DNA of 64,000 nucleotides from Setoptus koraiensis. Its lineage: Eukaryota; Animalia; Arthropoda. Below are positions 33,687 to 47,908 of the stretch, one piece after another; position 1 is the first letter of the stretch, and every line of letters starts with the position of its first letter. The stretch is from contig CM106585.1 of NCBI GenBank assembly GCA_048013815.1, positions 15,748,001 through 15,812,000 of the forward strand, given 5' to 3'. The notes under the pieces are model-generated. The model was given only the letters and a program-made list of their open reading frames with translations, made no database searches and was not told where the DNA came from. The position numbers and the translations under genes are program-made.

Positions 33687-34401
33687 CTTGTTGCCCCCGA
33701 ATGGAGAAAATAGCTAACATGTGATATAGATATAGATGTGATATGATAGATGTGATGTGACTCGTGGCGCCAATCGAATCGCTTTGTTTGCTCGTGCGAC
33801 AGTTGTAAACAGTTTAATCACTTCTGACAGTTGACATCATCGCTCGAGTCTCGACTCACCGGTCACCGGTCAGTCGGATATCGGTCAGTCGGAGGTCGGA
33901 TATCGATCGAAATTGAATCAATCGGGCAAATGCAAGTGAATTTTGGCTGAATGCTAAATTGTGTTTATTTATTCTGGGCCCGTTTCTCACTCGAAAAACT
34001 TGTGAGTCGCAAGCTTGTGAGTCACAAGCTCATCGGAGCGCCTCTCTCTCTCTCTCTCTCATCATGACAGTCTCGTGTGACATATCAACAACAAACCTTT
34101 TCGAGCCATATTGCGCCATTTTGAGTGCGATCGTAAATATCGGCCAACATAATCACGGCATAACAGCCAATACGCAATATACGGTATATATATATTGGCA
34201 ACTGTTATATAATGGTTGCGTCATCATTTGGTCAAAGTTGCCCTTGCAGCACGTGCAAATTGTGCCGCGACTAAGCCCAATGGGAATAGTCGAGTGGAAA
34301 AATAATAATAATAATAATATTGAAAAATTGCGTTCTCTCGTTTGCGAAAAATTGCCTCGTTTCGGCGAGTCGCGCTGTTCGCGTTTGAGTCGGCCCCGCG
34401 T

Positions 34402-34443
34402 CGTGATATCATCAAATACCAGCAGGTATTTGATGATATCACG
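34402..34443. repeat. Perfect 19-bp inverted repeat with 4-nt loop
   Basis: CGTGATATCATCAAATACC-AGCA-GGTATTTGATGATATCACG. Confidence 0.95.
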
Positions 34444-34613
34444 CATTTATATGTCCGCTTCCATGCAATGAATGCATTCGCAAGCTCATGCACTGCTAAA
34501 TACGATCTTGGCCGGCTTGTGACAACCGCCGAGCGCTGTCGTATGACGCTTGTGGGGGGGGGGGCGCCACGAATTCAGCTCTAGCCAGGTGACACCGCCA
34601 ACATTGTTCAGCA

Positions 34614-34618
34614 TTGTC

Positions 34619-34665
<47 letters not shown>

Positions 34666-34706
34666 CGTTGGTGTCGTTGGTGTTGTTGCTGTCGTTGTTG
34701 GTGTTG
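34614..34706. repeat. GTT/GTC trinucleotide microsatellite
   Basis: Directly visible. Confidence 0.9.
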
Positions 34707-35122
34707 CGTTCGAGGGAACCAACGACGGCGAGCAAATTCAATAATAATGATAACAATACCGACAATGAAAACACGCTCGCTGGCGCCTAGCCGACGCCTG
34801 CTTACAACACAACAACACTGTTTGTAGCGAGATCACGTGCTATGTTTGCCGTTATTATGCGTTACATAACAGCGACAAAACGGGCCCACTTTTCATATTG
34901 GCCCCGCTGCCAAGATGGCGTTGTCAGCACTCATGAGAAGCGGCGCACATTTTGTCGCTGTTTGGCCTGTGTTTGGCCTTACAACAATAACAACAACAGC
35001 AACGGCGACAACAGCAACAACGACGACAACAACAACAACAGCAACAACGGCGACAACAGCGACATACAAAGTTGGCGACGTGACTAAACATACACAAGTG
35101 ACCGACCGACAGTGTCGCTGGC

Positions 35123-35182
35123 GCAAATAGCGGCAAATAGCGGCAAATAGCTGCAAATAGCGGCAAATAGCGGCACCTAGCG
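35123..35182. repeat. 10-nt tandem repeat GCAAATAGCG
   Basis: Five near-perfect units plus one degenerate unit. Confidence 0.9.
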
Positions 35183-36316
35183 ACACCGACACACAGCGCG
35201 GCAAGTGCACATAACGGTGCTATTGCGTAACACGCAGCCCTCGCTCGATTGTCATGAATGGCGCGGGGGCGAAAATGTTTGCGGCGACATTCTTTTACAC
35301 CTACGACACACACCGACCAGCTCGACCGACAAGCTGACACGCTCGACAGAGGCCAACTCGTCGAGCAGCGCTCGTCGGGCGGCTCGTCGGGCAGCGCTTG
35401 TCGGGCAGCGCTTGTCGGGCAGCGGGCTCCGTCGGGGGGCAAGCGTCATAGCGCGGTATATCGCGTATACGCAGACACACAAACACGCGGTTACGCAACG
35501 ACGGCCCGTGGTGCACATAATACAAAAATAATACAAATAACGGGCCACACAAACCACTGGCAAATGGCTTTGAATGGCCAGTTTCCGGTCGGGCCGGTGG
35601 GGCCAGTGTGCGAGTAGATGAGCAGCCAGCAGCGATGATGATGATGATGAAAGTGCTCGCTGCTAACTAGCAGGCACGGCACGTACACACTGCAACAATG
35701 AGCGTGTGGCCCCAAGTCGCGAACGACCCTAGCTGCTTGTTTGTGTGCCCTGAGCATGTCCGTGCACAGTGCCCAGGCCACGCTGGCCATTTTTCATTGT
35801 GGCCCCACAATTTGCTAGAGCGAAACGAGCGAAATAGCGCCACTGCGGCCCCAATCAGTTGGCGTGTGCCGCGAAAATGTTTGCCAGAAAACGTTTGCCA
35901 GAAAATGTTTGCCAAAAAATGTTTTTCAGCCGGTTTTTCAGCCGATTTTTCAGCGCTCCGTCGCCGGCATTTGCGGCACGAATGGCGCCATATTTTTTAT
36001 TTTAGAAAAAAGCAATTTTAGCTAATTGCACCGCTCGGCGCCCTGTCGCCGGGTCCGGCCCGTCGACGGTCGAGTGCCGGCGCGTCTGTTTTAGCTGATA
36101 GTTTTTGGTCATTTACAAATGGGCCGCTGCCGATTTCACTGATTGTACCTGGCGCGGGCAAACAACGCGGGCACAGGTACAACGATACCGGCACAGTAAT
36201 ATCCGCCAAACGATAATATAAATATAACAAATGAGCCATCGATGATATGACACATGTATCGTTGATCGTATGTAACATTCAATGGGGAACCTTCTCGGCG
36301 GCCGAATAATATCAAC

Positions 36317-36420
36317 TTGATAACATCGAGTTGATAACATCGAGTTGATAACATCGAGTTGATAACATCGAGTTGATAACATCGAGTTGATAACATCGAG
36401 TTGATAACATCGAGTTGATA
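36317..36420. repeat. Perfect 14-nt tandem repeat (TTGATAACATCGAG)x7 plus partial unit
   Basis: Units start at 36,317, 36,331, 36,345, 36,359, 36,373, 36,387 and 36,401, all identical. Confidence 0.97.
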
Positions 36421-38920
36421 TATTGATATCGACTGTGATATTGACGGGCCAGCAACGATTGGCCCGCGATCCAGGTGAGTTGTAGACACAATTCACGTTT
36501 GGATATTGGCAGCGGATATTGTGACCTTGTGTAGTATTTTAAGCGCAAAGAGATGGCAGAAGATGGGCGCAAACGCATCGATTTGTTGTGAGGCTTGTGA
36601 CAGATCGCGAGATGCGGGCCCCGTCGGCCGCTGCAGTGAGCGGCTACTATGAGCGGCTCACGTTACCCGCCGGCCATATAAAAATCAATTGAATCACTAG
36701 TAAATTACTAGCCAGTGAATAGTGCCAGTAGGCGCCGCCAGCATCGCGAATCAGTCAAGTCAGAGTGGCCGGTTGTTGTGCTTGTGGGGGCGTCGCCTAT
36801 CAATCACGCAGCAGCGTCCAGATTGTCGGTGGCGTGCGGACCGGACCGGCCCGGACGGGACCAGAGCGGACGGTCGCAGTCACCACGATACCGGTACAGT
36901 ATAAATAATGCAGTATAATGATCGGTTTGAGGCAAAAGTGGGCGACGTTGTCGCAATTGACTCACAAACATTGTCAGCACGGGAGTCACGCACGCCGTTG
37001 GGCGGATCCCGTAGCGGGCGCGGACGCTTGTTTATAAGGCAGTGAGAGCAATCGGCCCGGACACAAGACAACAACAAAACAGGTAGCAGTCAAACCGATT
37101 CCATGTCAGCTGATGGCTCGGGATCAGCTGGTATCAAGTGACAGGTCGGTCGGCTGTCAGAATGTTGAGGGCAGCAGCATCTTGGCAGTCGGTGTGTCAA
37201 TGTGAGCCAGGCTGTTGAGCGCGATCCGATCGGCCGCGATCAGCCGCGATCGGATCGCCACTGAGTCAACGCCACCGAGTCAATGGGGCCGGTCGATGTT
37301 GATGCGCGGGTCAATTAACTATTAATTAGCTCGACATTTGGATTGATGCATTGATTGATTGGAGTGAGCGCGTCAATGGGCATCGGCGGTGAGCCGGCCA
37401 GTTGCAACAAGTCGCGTTGCCGCCACGACAATTAAATCAGAGTCAACACGACAAAGATTGCCTCTGAATGGTGTGCCGTCCTAATGAGTTATTTTCATCA
37501 TTTACCGGCCGCCAGTCGGCAGCGCATGTGTCAGTAATGGCATGTTTGTGTTGTGTTTGTGTCGGGTTGCATCATGCAACTCGAATGTCCAGCTCGCTGA
37601 CAGTCGCTGTCGGCCGGTCACCGCTGGACAGTGGGCGAGTGGCTCGACGGCGTCGAGTCGACGCTGAGCGCAGAGGCCAAACAAGATGCGCCGTTGCGAT
37701 AACAGGTTACATGACGATTCTGCGAGATCTGGCTGTCGGCTGCTGGCACATCTGACAATTGTGAGGGCGAGCCAGCGTTTTAATTAGCGTAATTGGATGA
37801 GCCGCTCGAGCCGGCGAGACCAGAACGATCGACTTTGAATCTCGGCTCTCGCGGCTCTCGCGGCTCTCGGCTGTCTCGCGCTGCCTCGCGGCCCGAGAGA
37901 TCGTCTGCTGTCGCATGCTGTCGCTGCTAACGAGCCGCCGGCACAGGCGAGCAGAGTGAGAGTCTCAGCAGCGGACAAAGTCGCAAGCTGAAATTGAAAT
38001 TAAAATTAATTTCCATTTTAATTCTCATTTTAATGCGCCAGTGGCGAGCGTTTGTCGGCCAGTGGCGATAATGGCCAAAGATAATGACGGCAAACACTGC
38101 AAATGGCGCTGCACAGGGTGCGCCCGCTCGCAAAACTGACGACGCCGATGATGCTGCCGGCCGAAATGACCGGTGAGCCACCGGTCATAAATCAGTGGCA
38201 AGAGACAAGAAGCAAGAAGCGCAATCAAGGTGAGAGAGAGAGCGAGATTATTGATTTTGCATGACGCCACCAGCGACCAACGAGCAACGATTGTAATGAA
38301 CGCAGCAGCTCATCACCAATTTAATTGCCAATTTAATCGTCGATGGTCGCATTCGGGCCGCTCTCGCCGACTCAATTCACCTGTCGGCCGGCCACAGGTG
38401 AGTAGGTTCACAGTGCTGGCATGTTGGCCGCATTGTTGGCCGCGGCCGAATCAGGATGATCGCATCACATGTACAATGTTTATGATTGTGTTATGTTGCG
38501 CGCCACGTTTATTGCTCATGTTATATTATGAGTTTATAATGTCCGCCAGTCTGCGCTGTCCGGCCATTTGCTCAGTTCGCGCTGTCCGGCCAGTGCGGCC
38601 AGTGCGGCCAGCGCGGCCAGTTTGGTCAGTTTGGCCGGTTCGTAGTGCAAACAAGTGCGACACAACAGGTGCCACAACATGATATTATTACGCATTATTG
38701 CATCACATTATTATTCATATTACTATTCATATTATTATTATTATTATCGTATCGCCAGTGTCGTGACTGACACCGGCAGCCCTGCTCACACGCTGCCAGC
38801 GACTTTGCTCCGGCGCTGTCCATAGCAGACAACGCACCATAAGCGCATTATGATACACGCCGGCAAACTAACAATTGGCCTGCCCGGCATTGCAATCACT
38901 GCAGCACACGTAACACAGTT

Positions 38921-38983
38921 TGCATCGTTGCATCGTCGCATCGTCGCATCGTTGCATCGTTGCATCGTTGCGTCATTGCATCA
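38921..38983. repeat. 8-nt tandem repeat TGCATCGT/CGCATCGT
   Basis: About 7 units. Confidence 0.85.
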
Positions 38984-41770
38984 CCTGGTTACGTTGTATT
39001 GTCTCTCGCATATTTGTGTCCGTTTGTTCATGGCTATATTATTATGCAATTTTTGTTGGTGAGATTATGAGCACAGATTACATCATCGTCATCATCACGA
39101 TACTGGCTGGCGAGCAGCTGATGGCAGTCAGCTCAATCAGCGGAGTTGTGTTTACTTTGGCCGGCGCTCGCTCTTGTCTGGCCAGCAAATCGGGTTGCGC
39201 AACACACAAACCGGTGCCCGGTGCCCGCTGCCACAGACAAACAGACAACACAAACCGGAAGTGGAAGTGCTCTATGGCATCTATGTGCGGGCAAACACTG
39301 ACAGCAGCAGGTTTATAACGGGCAAACAATGATCGCCGCTTACAATAATTACAAGCGCCTAGCGATAATATCACGCAAATGCCGGCAACATTGGCGCCAC
39401 ACTGTTCAAATTGACTGGGCAAACAGCTCGCGAACACGTTCAAACAAACAAACTTTGCATGCGGTTCGGCTGCACGTGCTCGCTACAACCGACGCGCACG
39501 ACGCACACAACGCACACATCGCACACAATGTACACAGTGTACATAACGACGTCGCACGAGCATAATATTAGAATAATAAGACGCCCCATAAGCACTGCAT
39601 TGAGCGGCATTGGGCGCCCCCCGTTCGCGAACGCTCAGATTCACAAAATTCAGCGAGAGCGCGGGCAGCACGTGCGCAAATGCAAAAAATGAATGAGCGA
39701 TTCGGTGTCATCATTCATTGGCCGTTATCACAATGCCGGCGCCACATCACATTGGCGGCGCCACATCACGTGCCCGCGCAAAATTATTGGCGGCTCCCGA
39801 TAATTTCCGACGCGGGCCAATTTTTGCGGCCTCGCGCAATATAGTCGCGCAAAATACCCGGCCGAGAGGGCGGACGGTGCCCGGTCGGCTGGTCCGGTTC
39901 ACCGACAGTCGAGTTTGGGGCCAGGCCGAGGCACGAAGCAGCAAGCGACAGGAATATTTCGCCGGGCCGGTGGCGGCGGAAGCCCGTGCCAAGTTGCACG
40001 GTTGCCACTGCAGTTGTCGTTGTAGTTGCCGCTGTAGTTGTCGTTGTAGTTGCCGCTCGCAACAATGGCGCCCTTTGCTGATTATTTGCTGGCTGCCAAA
40101 TAATTAACAGCGAACTAAATTAATTAATTATTAACGCAAGAGTGCAAACTGAGTCACTTACACTTGCCGCCGCTACCATCATTTATTATCATCTATTATC
40201 CGTTGTCTGCTGTCTGGCGGGCGCTCACAAAACGGATGCGCGGCCACATTGTTTTGCGATCGATTGCATTTTCGGGTGCGCGTCGCGGTCCGCAACTCGC
40301 GCAACTTCGAATGGCGCCACAATCTCGACGGCGCGCCGAACGGAGCCCCAATCGACAATCTACAGTCGACAACCGACGGGCGCCCTCCCGACGACGAGCG
40401 GGCCCGGCGCGCATCCGGCTGCCGCAATAATTGTATCGCAATAATTGCGACATGTTACATCACGAGCAGCGCGGGCCCCGACTCCAAAAAGGAGCGATTA
40501 TCGATTATTAACTGACGTGCACTCGCATTATGTAAGTTATATACACTGACGATGCGCCGACGATGCGCCGACGATACACTGGCGATCAAACTTCAATTGT
40601 GGGCATTTTAGGTAAATTGGGCCCGCCGCTCGGGATGGCGCGATGATGCGTGTGGGCGTACGCGGCCATTGTTGGCCGGCGGACGGGTGGTTGCAATGAA
40701 ATGAGCAGTTTGGCGCCGTTGGAACCGCTCCGATTGAAATGGCAGCGCGAATGCGAGGCGCCGCCCGCATGCCCGTTCCGGCCGGCCCGCAATGGCTGGC
40801 GGAGGAAACGAAAATGCGGCCCGCAAACTGAAAAATGTGCCAAAATCGACGCACTGCAAACTATTATTACATAATGATGATCGCAATCATGCGAACGAGC
40901 TGCTGCTGGCGGTGCGATTCGCGCCTCCATCGCCGCTCCTGTCGCCGCTTCTTTTGGCCCGTTCTTTTCGGCGGTTTCTCGGTCGTTCCTTTCGGCGGTT
41001 CTACGCTCGTTACTCCGCCGGTTGCTCGCTCGTTCTTTTGCCGGTTCCACGCGGCGGATCCCGACGCCGCCGCCGCCGACGCCGACAGAGGCGACACACG
41101 AGGCGCCTCTCGGGCCGAAATTTCGCTCCGAAGTTTCGCTGTGAAGGGCGCATCGCGGTCGGCTATCACTCACACACTTGGCTCTCGACTCGCTCTTATC
41201 CGGCGGCGTGATTACGCCCCAGCGCGGGCTCCCATTGCGTAATAGTGTTATATTGCGTAATAGTGGCGATAACAAACTGCTCGGTGTGTGCACAAGTTAA
41301 ACGTTAAACTTTATTCAACGTTTAACGTGTCGCAGTTTGCATTTGTGCCAACGTGTTGGGGCTGGGGGCCCCAACTGGCCGGCCCCAGCTCGCTTTTTTG
41401 CCGGCCATGATGGATGATAGTGATCGATTTGGACGGTGGCGCCACCTCGTCCGCGCTACAAACTCGTGCGCGACACGCGCCCCCGCCAGCAAGTTGAAAC
41501 ATGCGCCACTTACATACTCGCATTATGTAAGTTGCACAAACTTGCATTATGTAAGTTGCGCAGACTTACACAGACTCCAAAATAACTGCAACTGCCTAAC
41601 TGTTTGCCAGCCATCATGTGTCGTCTCGTCATAGATCATTATGGTTGCGCAACAACACGCGCTACTCGCTACGTGTTTGCGCGTGCTGGCCGCGCGACAC
41701 TGGGCCCGTCCGACACACGAGATAAGCCGCGCGCCGCCGAGCTAGCTGCTGGCTGTCTGACGCTTGCTGC

Positions 41771-41891
41771 CGGCCCGTGTTGTCGTGCCGTGTCGTCGTC
41801 GGGTGTCGTCGTGCGGTGTCGTCGGCCCGCGTTGTCGGCCCGCGTTGTCGGCCCGTGTTGTCGGCCCGTGTCGTCGGCCCGTGTCATCGGC
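41771..41891. repeat. 13-nt imperfect tandem repeat GTCGGCCCGTGTT
   Basis: About 5 good units plus a degenerate 5' part. Confidence 0.8.
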
Positions 41892-43759
41892 AAGCCAGTC
41901 GAAAGTCGGCACTCGGGCCCGTGTAGACATGACTGTTTACATATGCTAATGCGTGGCCCACCTACCCGCTTTATCCATTTATCTATCCGGCGACCGCACA
42001 CAGCCAAACCAGCAGTGCGATGTATCCATTGCACGCCCATGGCGCCCGCAATCTGCTCACAACAACGACAGAGACAAAAATGCTGCCAACAATCTCAACG
42101 GTGCGCAAAAATCTCCGCCAACTTGGCGGCGCTAAGCTACTTGTCGGGTCCCGTGAACGGAGGCGCAAGCTGTACGGCGCTGTGTGGTGCCCACCGTCGG
42201 CATCTGCAAGTTCCAGACTGGAACGCGCCGGCCCGCCGACAGTCGAGCGACAGTTCAATTGCGCGCGGCCCGATTATCCAGTTACCCGCCGACTAACCGA
42301 TCCAGTTGGCAGCTCAGTCCGACTGCCGCTTGAGGCGCCAATTCAAACGGGCGCGTTCAAACGACGCCATGGCGGGATAGCCGCGATACAAGACAAGCGG
42401 CAGCGAGTGAGAAATTACTATGACATCGTTATCATTTATCATGAGCGCAACGAACTAGTTACACTGCTAATCTTTTCTCTCAAACGACCGAATCGGACGC
42501 TTTCGCCATTTCGCCAGCCCCTTTTGTTTGGCCCCGCGCCCGACAGAGATAGAAATCGCGCGCCCCAGCGATTCGAATTTCGAAGCCGTTCGACATTCGG
42601 CCGCCATATTTTCCTCTATCTCTCTAGCCATCTCCGGCCGTCGCTCGCCGTTTTACGCCGTCGCTCGCCGGCCCGTGCCAGCCCCTCTGGCCGGCTGCTC
42701 ATTCGACCGTCTCGGCGGCCGGGCCGGCCCATCCGGGGCCGGCCGACTCGCCAGCCGAAACCGGTGGGCACCTGTCCGTGCCCAGACACTCGCTCGCCGA
42801 CCCGCTACGCAGCGGGTTTCATGGGTGCCCGTGGCGCCACAAAACAGCCCACAACAGCCGGCCCCGGGGAATTGCCCGCACACGCGAGAGCGCACGAGCC
42901 AATCTCTAAATGCTGGCTATTTAGGGTGTCCCCAATGCTGGCTGTTGCCAGCATTTAAGGTGTCCCCAATGCGGGGCCCCAAATCTCGCTGGGGCTCGCC
43001 GAGCGGCCCCATTTGCCGCCTGTCGCTGGTGCCAGACGCGCCGCGACCCCGTTGGCCCCGTCGGCTCGTCGGATCCGCTTGCCGGTTTGCTGGTTCGATG
43101 GCGACCGACAAACGGATCGGTCCAATCCAGCTATCGGTCGCCAACACTCGCCGGCACTAATACGCGCCACCAGCTAGCCGATATATTGAGGCGGCCGATA
43201 TATCCGCCGACGCAGCCGATGGGGCCATATGTGGCCTGTTTGTCGCTGCGAGAGCGCCCCTTCTTAATGCGTATTAAATTAGTTTCGCTTACGTTTGCGA
43301 GTTGCCAGCCACTGTCACGACGAGACAGTGAAATTTACAATCTTCGAGGAGCTCGCTGTATCCGCCGGCTGGCACAGGTCGCCGCGACTCGCGATATAGC
43401 GCGCCATGATGGGGGGGCCCACATCGGCGTTTCGCGCCGAATCGGTAGCCGGAGCGCGGCCGCATTATACCCAAATCGAGCCCCGTCGGCGGGCCCCGTT
43501 GAGCTCCGCCGAGCAGCTCTGCGTCTGCCGCAATGGCAGCGCCCGCAAACTTTGTCGGCTGGCAGCAGCGACCTATGATAAATCGAGCCAATTGCGCGTT
43601 TGTTTGTGAAAATGAAATTTGATTGGTATTTTGTGTTCGAGTTGCAGTCGTTTCTGGCTGGCTATTATTGAGCGATCTGATGCGAGGCAGCGCGAGGCTC
43701 GGCCACTTTTTTCAATTGCTCGCCGGCCCGACACTGGCTTTGGGGCCGACGGGGCCCAC

Positions 43760-43860
43760 ATCGCTCAGTATCGCCCAGTATCGCTCAGTATCGCCCAGTA
43801 TCGCCCAGCATCGCTCAGTATCGCCTAGTATCGTGCAATATCGCACAATATCGCAAAATA
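43760..43860. repeat. 10-nt tandem repeat (T)ATCGCCCAG/ATCGCTCAG
   Basis: Ten units in register, diverging towards the 3' end. Confidence 0.9.
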
Positions 43861-44681
43861 CCGGCCCGCTGCCGATGGAAAAAAACGGGTGGAAAAAGCA
43901 AAAAGAGGGGCCCCAAAATAAGGGGCCCAAAAGAGGCAAGCAGGGCGGCGCAAGTGTTTGCAGCCATCAAATAAGTATAACATCAAGTGAGTGTAATGGC
44001 ATTGACGAGCGCCACTTTGTCATAGTTGCCCGGCGAGCCGTTCCAATGGGGGGCAAGCGCTCGGCGAGCACTGCGAACCTCACAATGTGAACGGGGGCCA
44101 AACAAACAAAACATATCGATAAGTTTGGTATTGTTTGCGGCACAACTGGCCCCAATTGCAACAGCCTGGACGAATCGCAAACAAATAAGCGCGATATTGT
44201 TGCGAATAAGCGATTGGCAATTTCTTTTGTTGCAACTTGCAATTCGCAAAAAGAAATAAACAAGTTTGAGAGGACGCAAGTTGTTACGTGCTGCCACAAA
44301 AGCAGCCAGTGCAATATATACAAAAATATAAAACAATTCGACAGGCAATCATCATGACTGCTGCGCCAATATATTCATTCAATCCAGCTGATTCACGCTA
44401 ATCTCCCGCCGGCCGCGCACCAACTGGCCCGGCTCGCTCAAGGGGCCCCCAAGAAAATCTGCTGCAAGCTTGCAAAACGGTCTAAGCGATTTTATGCGCG
44501 CCACGGGCCCACTGAGCCGTGAACAAACTGCCTAAGTGATATATTTATATGTGTGTGTGTTATATCATATAACTTATATGGGTTGGGGGCCCGCTCATTG
44601 GCAAGCTCGCAAGGTTGCGCAACTGTCAATTGAAATTGGGCGACACTTCAAATAAATGGCCGTCTGTCTCCGCTGCCGGCC

Positions 44682-44683
<2 letters not shown>

Positions 44684-44729
<46 letters not shown>

Positions 44730-44733
44730 CACA
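44684..44733. repeat. (CA)n microsatellite
   Basis: About 25 CA units with one interruption. Confidence 0.95.
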
Positions 44734-47700
44734 TGCTTACCTTGGCAACTGGGCCCCGGCAGCTTCTGGCGCTTTCTGGCGTGTTTTTTGGAACGAAAAA
44801 ATGCGCCAGCGAGCCCCAGCCAGCGACCGGTTGGCACAATTTATCCGTTCGTTCGGAGGCTGGCCGCCGGTGCGCCTCAGACCGACTGTGCGATCCGTCA
44901 CTCAGTCTTAGCTCGGTCTTAGCGGGCCCATCTGACAACTTTGCGCCGGCAGCCGGCCGGGCCCGAGTCGAGCCGCCTGCCGCTGCCTGCGCTTGCCGCA
45001 TGTCGCTCGCACTAACAAGTGACATGTGTCCTCAAAATTGGCCCGAAATTGGCCCCAAATCGGCCCCAAATTGGCCGTCTCAGTGTTTATTTATGGTCGG
45101 AGCCGCACAACTTAGTTTGGCCACATTCGGATGCTCGAAGGCGACGTCCTGTCTGGCGGGCGACAGGCACCAAACGGGGGAACCAAACAAATTTTGTTTT
45201 GGGGACATGGAGGCGCCACGAGCGCGCACAATGTTCAATTGACTGTATCGCACAAATCACTGCGGCTCTTTGTCGCAAAAAAATGATGGAAAGCCAGCCA
45301 GAGATAACAGAGGCCCGACAAGCTGGATGGCAAATTGATCGCTCACAATTGTCGGCCGCTTCATGCTGCTCGCTGGGGCCAATTGGAAATCGTTACAAAT
45401 CAACTGATTCCATCAGTTTTTATCTATTCAATTGGCGCTCGGCTCTCGCCCATCGCACGGATAAATTGGTGGCATCGGCGGTGCCATTGGCCTGGTCGCG
45501 TCGGAATTTACAACCGCCGCCGAATGTTATATGCGCTGCGAATTTATCTATATATCGCAATCGATCAGCGTGTCTCGCCTCGCTTGTCTGATCCAATCAG
45601 ACTGATCGGCAAGCCCGATAAGGGCGCCCCCGCCCAGCTAACAGCGCTACTCGACAGGCTGCCCGCGCTGGCTGGCGGGGGGGCCCCGACGCGACGACAT
45701 CACCTGGTTGGTTGCATATTTGTGTTGTGTTTGCAGATTGCACTGACAGTTGCGAATTGACAGTGGTCTTGTTTGCACACCGCGGCTTGCATCACTATCC
45801 GCCCGGGTCTCATTATCATCCGGCCACGTATTGCCGGCCCTGCGCGGACCACAATACCCACAATCACCCGGCCCGCGGCCAATGGCGACAGATATCCGAA
45901 ACCCAATCGAATCTGACAGTCGTGAAAGACGGTTAAATCGGAACGCTGGTCCGAGCGTCACAATACCCAATGCACAAGCGAGTACCGAATCCGCAACTGA
46001 TTGAACCCGAATCCGCCCATCGCCTGACCCGATCATTTGCGGGGGGCCCAAATTGGGGGGCGAATAGTGCCATTGTTGCGCGCATATACAAAATTTGTGC
46101 ATACGCAAAATGGGGCGCAAAATGCACGCCAGAGCGAGCAAACTGACAAGTGTCAACGGTGATGCGAGCCGTTGCTGCGGTTGCATAATACTGTATAATA
46201 CACACAATATAATGCCCGGCGTGCCCGATGATGCTAATTCGGCCCACACTGCTGGCCAGCGCTGCGGCCACTGGCCGCCCACTGGATCGCGGATAATCGC
46301 GGGCAGGGGCCCCGATTCGATGCATTCGCTCCGAACGGATAAATTCGCTCGGATTGGATAAATTCGCTCCGATTGGATGTGTTGTGGTGTGGCGAGCGGC
46401 GATTGCGATGTGGCCGCGCACACACAAATCACTGCTGGCCACCGCCGGCGTGTGTCAGTGGGGCCCGACGCCGGCGCCCACAAACACCCGCCGGCCAGAC
46501 AGAGCACAATGGGCCCGCCTGTGCCGCCGCTTCTGTGCCGCTGGTTGTCTGCCGTGGGGCCTCTGCTGCGGGTTCTCCGCCGAGGGGGCGCACGGCAGAG
46601 AAGCCGCAGCAGAGGCAGTTGGCCGAGCCGAACACAAACGCGCAGCGGCTAACTGCTCGCCGGGAATTCTTTACGGGAATACTCGCAACAGCCAATGACC
46701 ATTGTGCATAACTATTCCCGTGCTGCCATTCAAACCTGTGCCAATGTTTGTATACAAAAAGCAGGAAATGCCATGATTACATAATCATGCCATCGCCATG
46801 CTTTATTGTGTCGGCTTGCTGTGTGGGCCCCGTTATGTGCGCCCCCCCCCCCATGATACGTGCTGGCTGGCTGGCCGGCTGACAGTCAGTTGGCGCTGCC
46901 AATAGCCAGCACAACAAAGAATAATAATAATAATACATTTGGCAGCTGCCCAGCCAACTGCCATTGTTGTGCCCGTAACTGGCTGCCCGGGTAACGGGCC
47001 GGCCCGGCCCGGCCGCGCAATTCCAATTGGAATATACGCGATAATAACGCTTGATTTAACTTACTCAAGCGCGCCAGTTGCCAGCTTACACCAGCAGCAG
47101 CAGCCACGGGGCTACGGGGGATATTACGCAACGTAGTATTGCGGCAATACTACGTGAGCATTACGCAATACTACGGGAGCGTTGCGCAATGCTGGGCTGG
47201 CATTACGCAATATACGATGGGCGAGTTGTGTTGGCCACAGTTTTAGTTATTGGCTGGTTATTTAGTTATTCAGTTATTGCGTCAGCGATGGTTGCTGCTG
47301 CTCGGCTCGTTGTGATTCTCGTCCAGTCGCTGCGTCGATGCGTCTCGTTGTGTCTTGTTGCGTCGGACACACAACAAACGACACCAATGACTGGCCACGG
47401 CCGCAAGTGGCCAATTGGGGCCCCTGCCAACTTGCCAGCACGGCCAACATTGTTGGCATTGGCGGCGGTGCCAACTTTGCCAGCATTGCCAGCAGCAATC
47501 GAATCCGACAGACAGAGCGCTGGCCAGTGAGAGGGGCCCGACTGTCGGCCTGCGAGGGGCCGCGACTCTCAGCCTGCGAGGGGCCCAAGAAGGGGCCCAA
47601 GAAGAGCCCAGAGAAGGGGATTTGCGCGTGTGTTGCGAAGGCTGACGCAAGGGGCATCACTATTGGAACGGCAGCGCCATTAGCTGTGGCCGATGTGGTT

Positions 47701-47908
47701 AGCAGCAGCAGCGAACAGGCGAACAGGCAGACAGACAGACAGACAGGGCCCCAATGATTGGAGCGAGCAGCTGATTGGGGTGCTCGCCAGCCAGCGCAAA
47801 GAGTGACCAGTGCAAATCTGGTTGCTGTGGGGCCCGGGCGGCGAGATTTGCCGAGTCGCGGGGGCTTAACTTATCAGGGCGCGCGCGTAAATATTGTGTG
47901 GCTGGCTG

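Noticed and set aside
36136-36300. DGSFVIF...GGYYCAG as a robo Ig1 fragment
   Set aside because: No upstream Cys/Trp Ig motifs, no AxNxxG continuation and no phase-1 donor at the expected place.
36317-36420. CRISPR-like array
   Set aside because: Contiguous 14-nt units with no spacers, in a eukaryotic locus.
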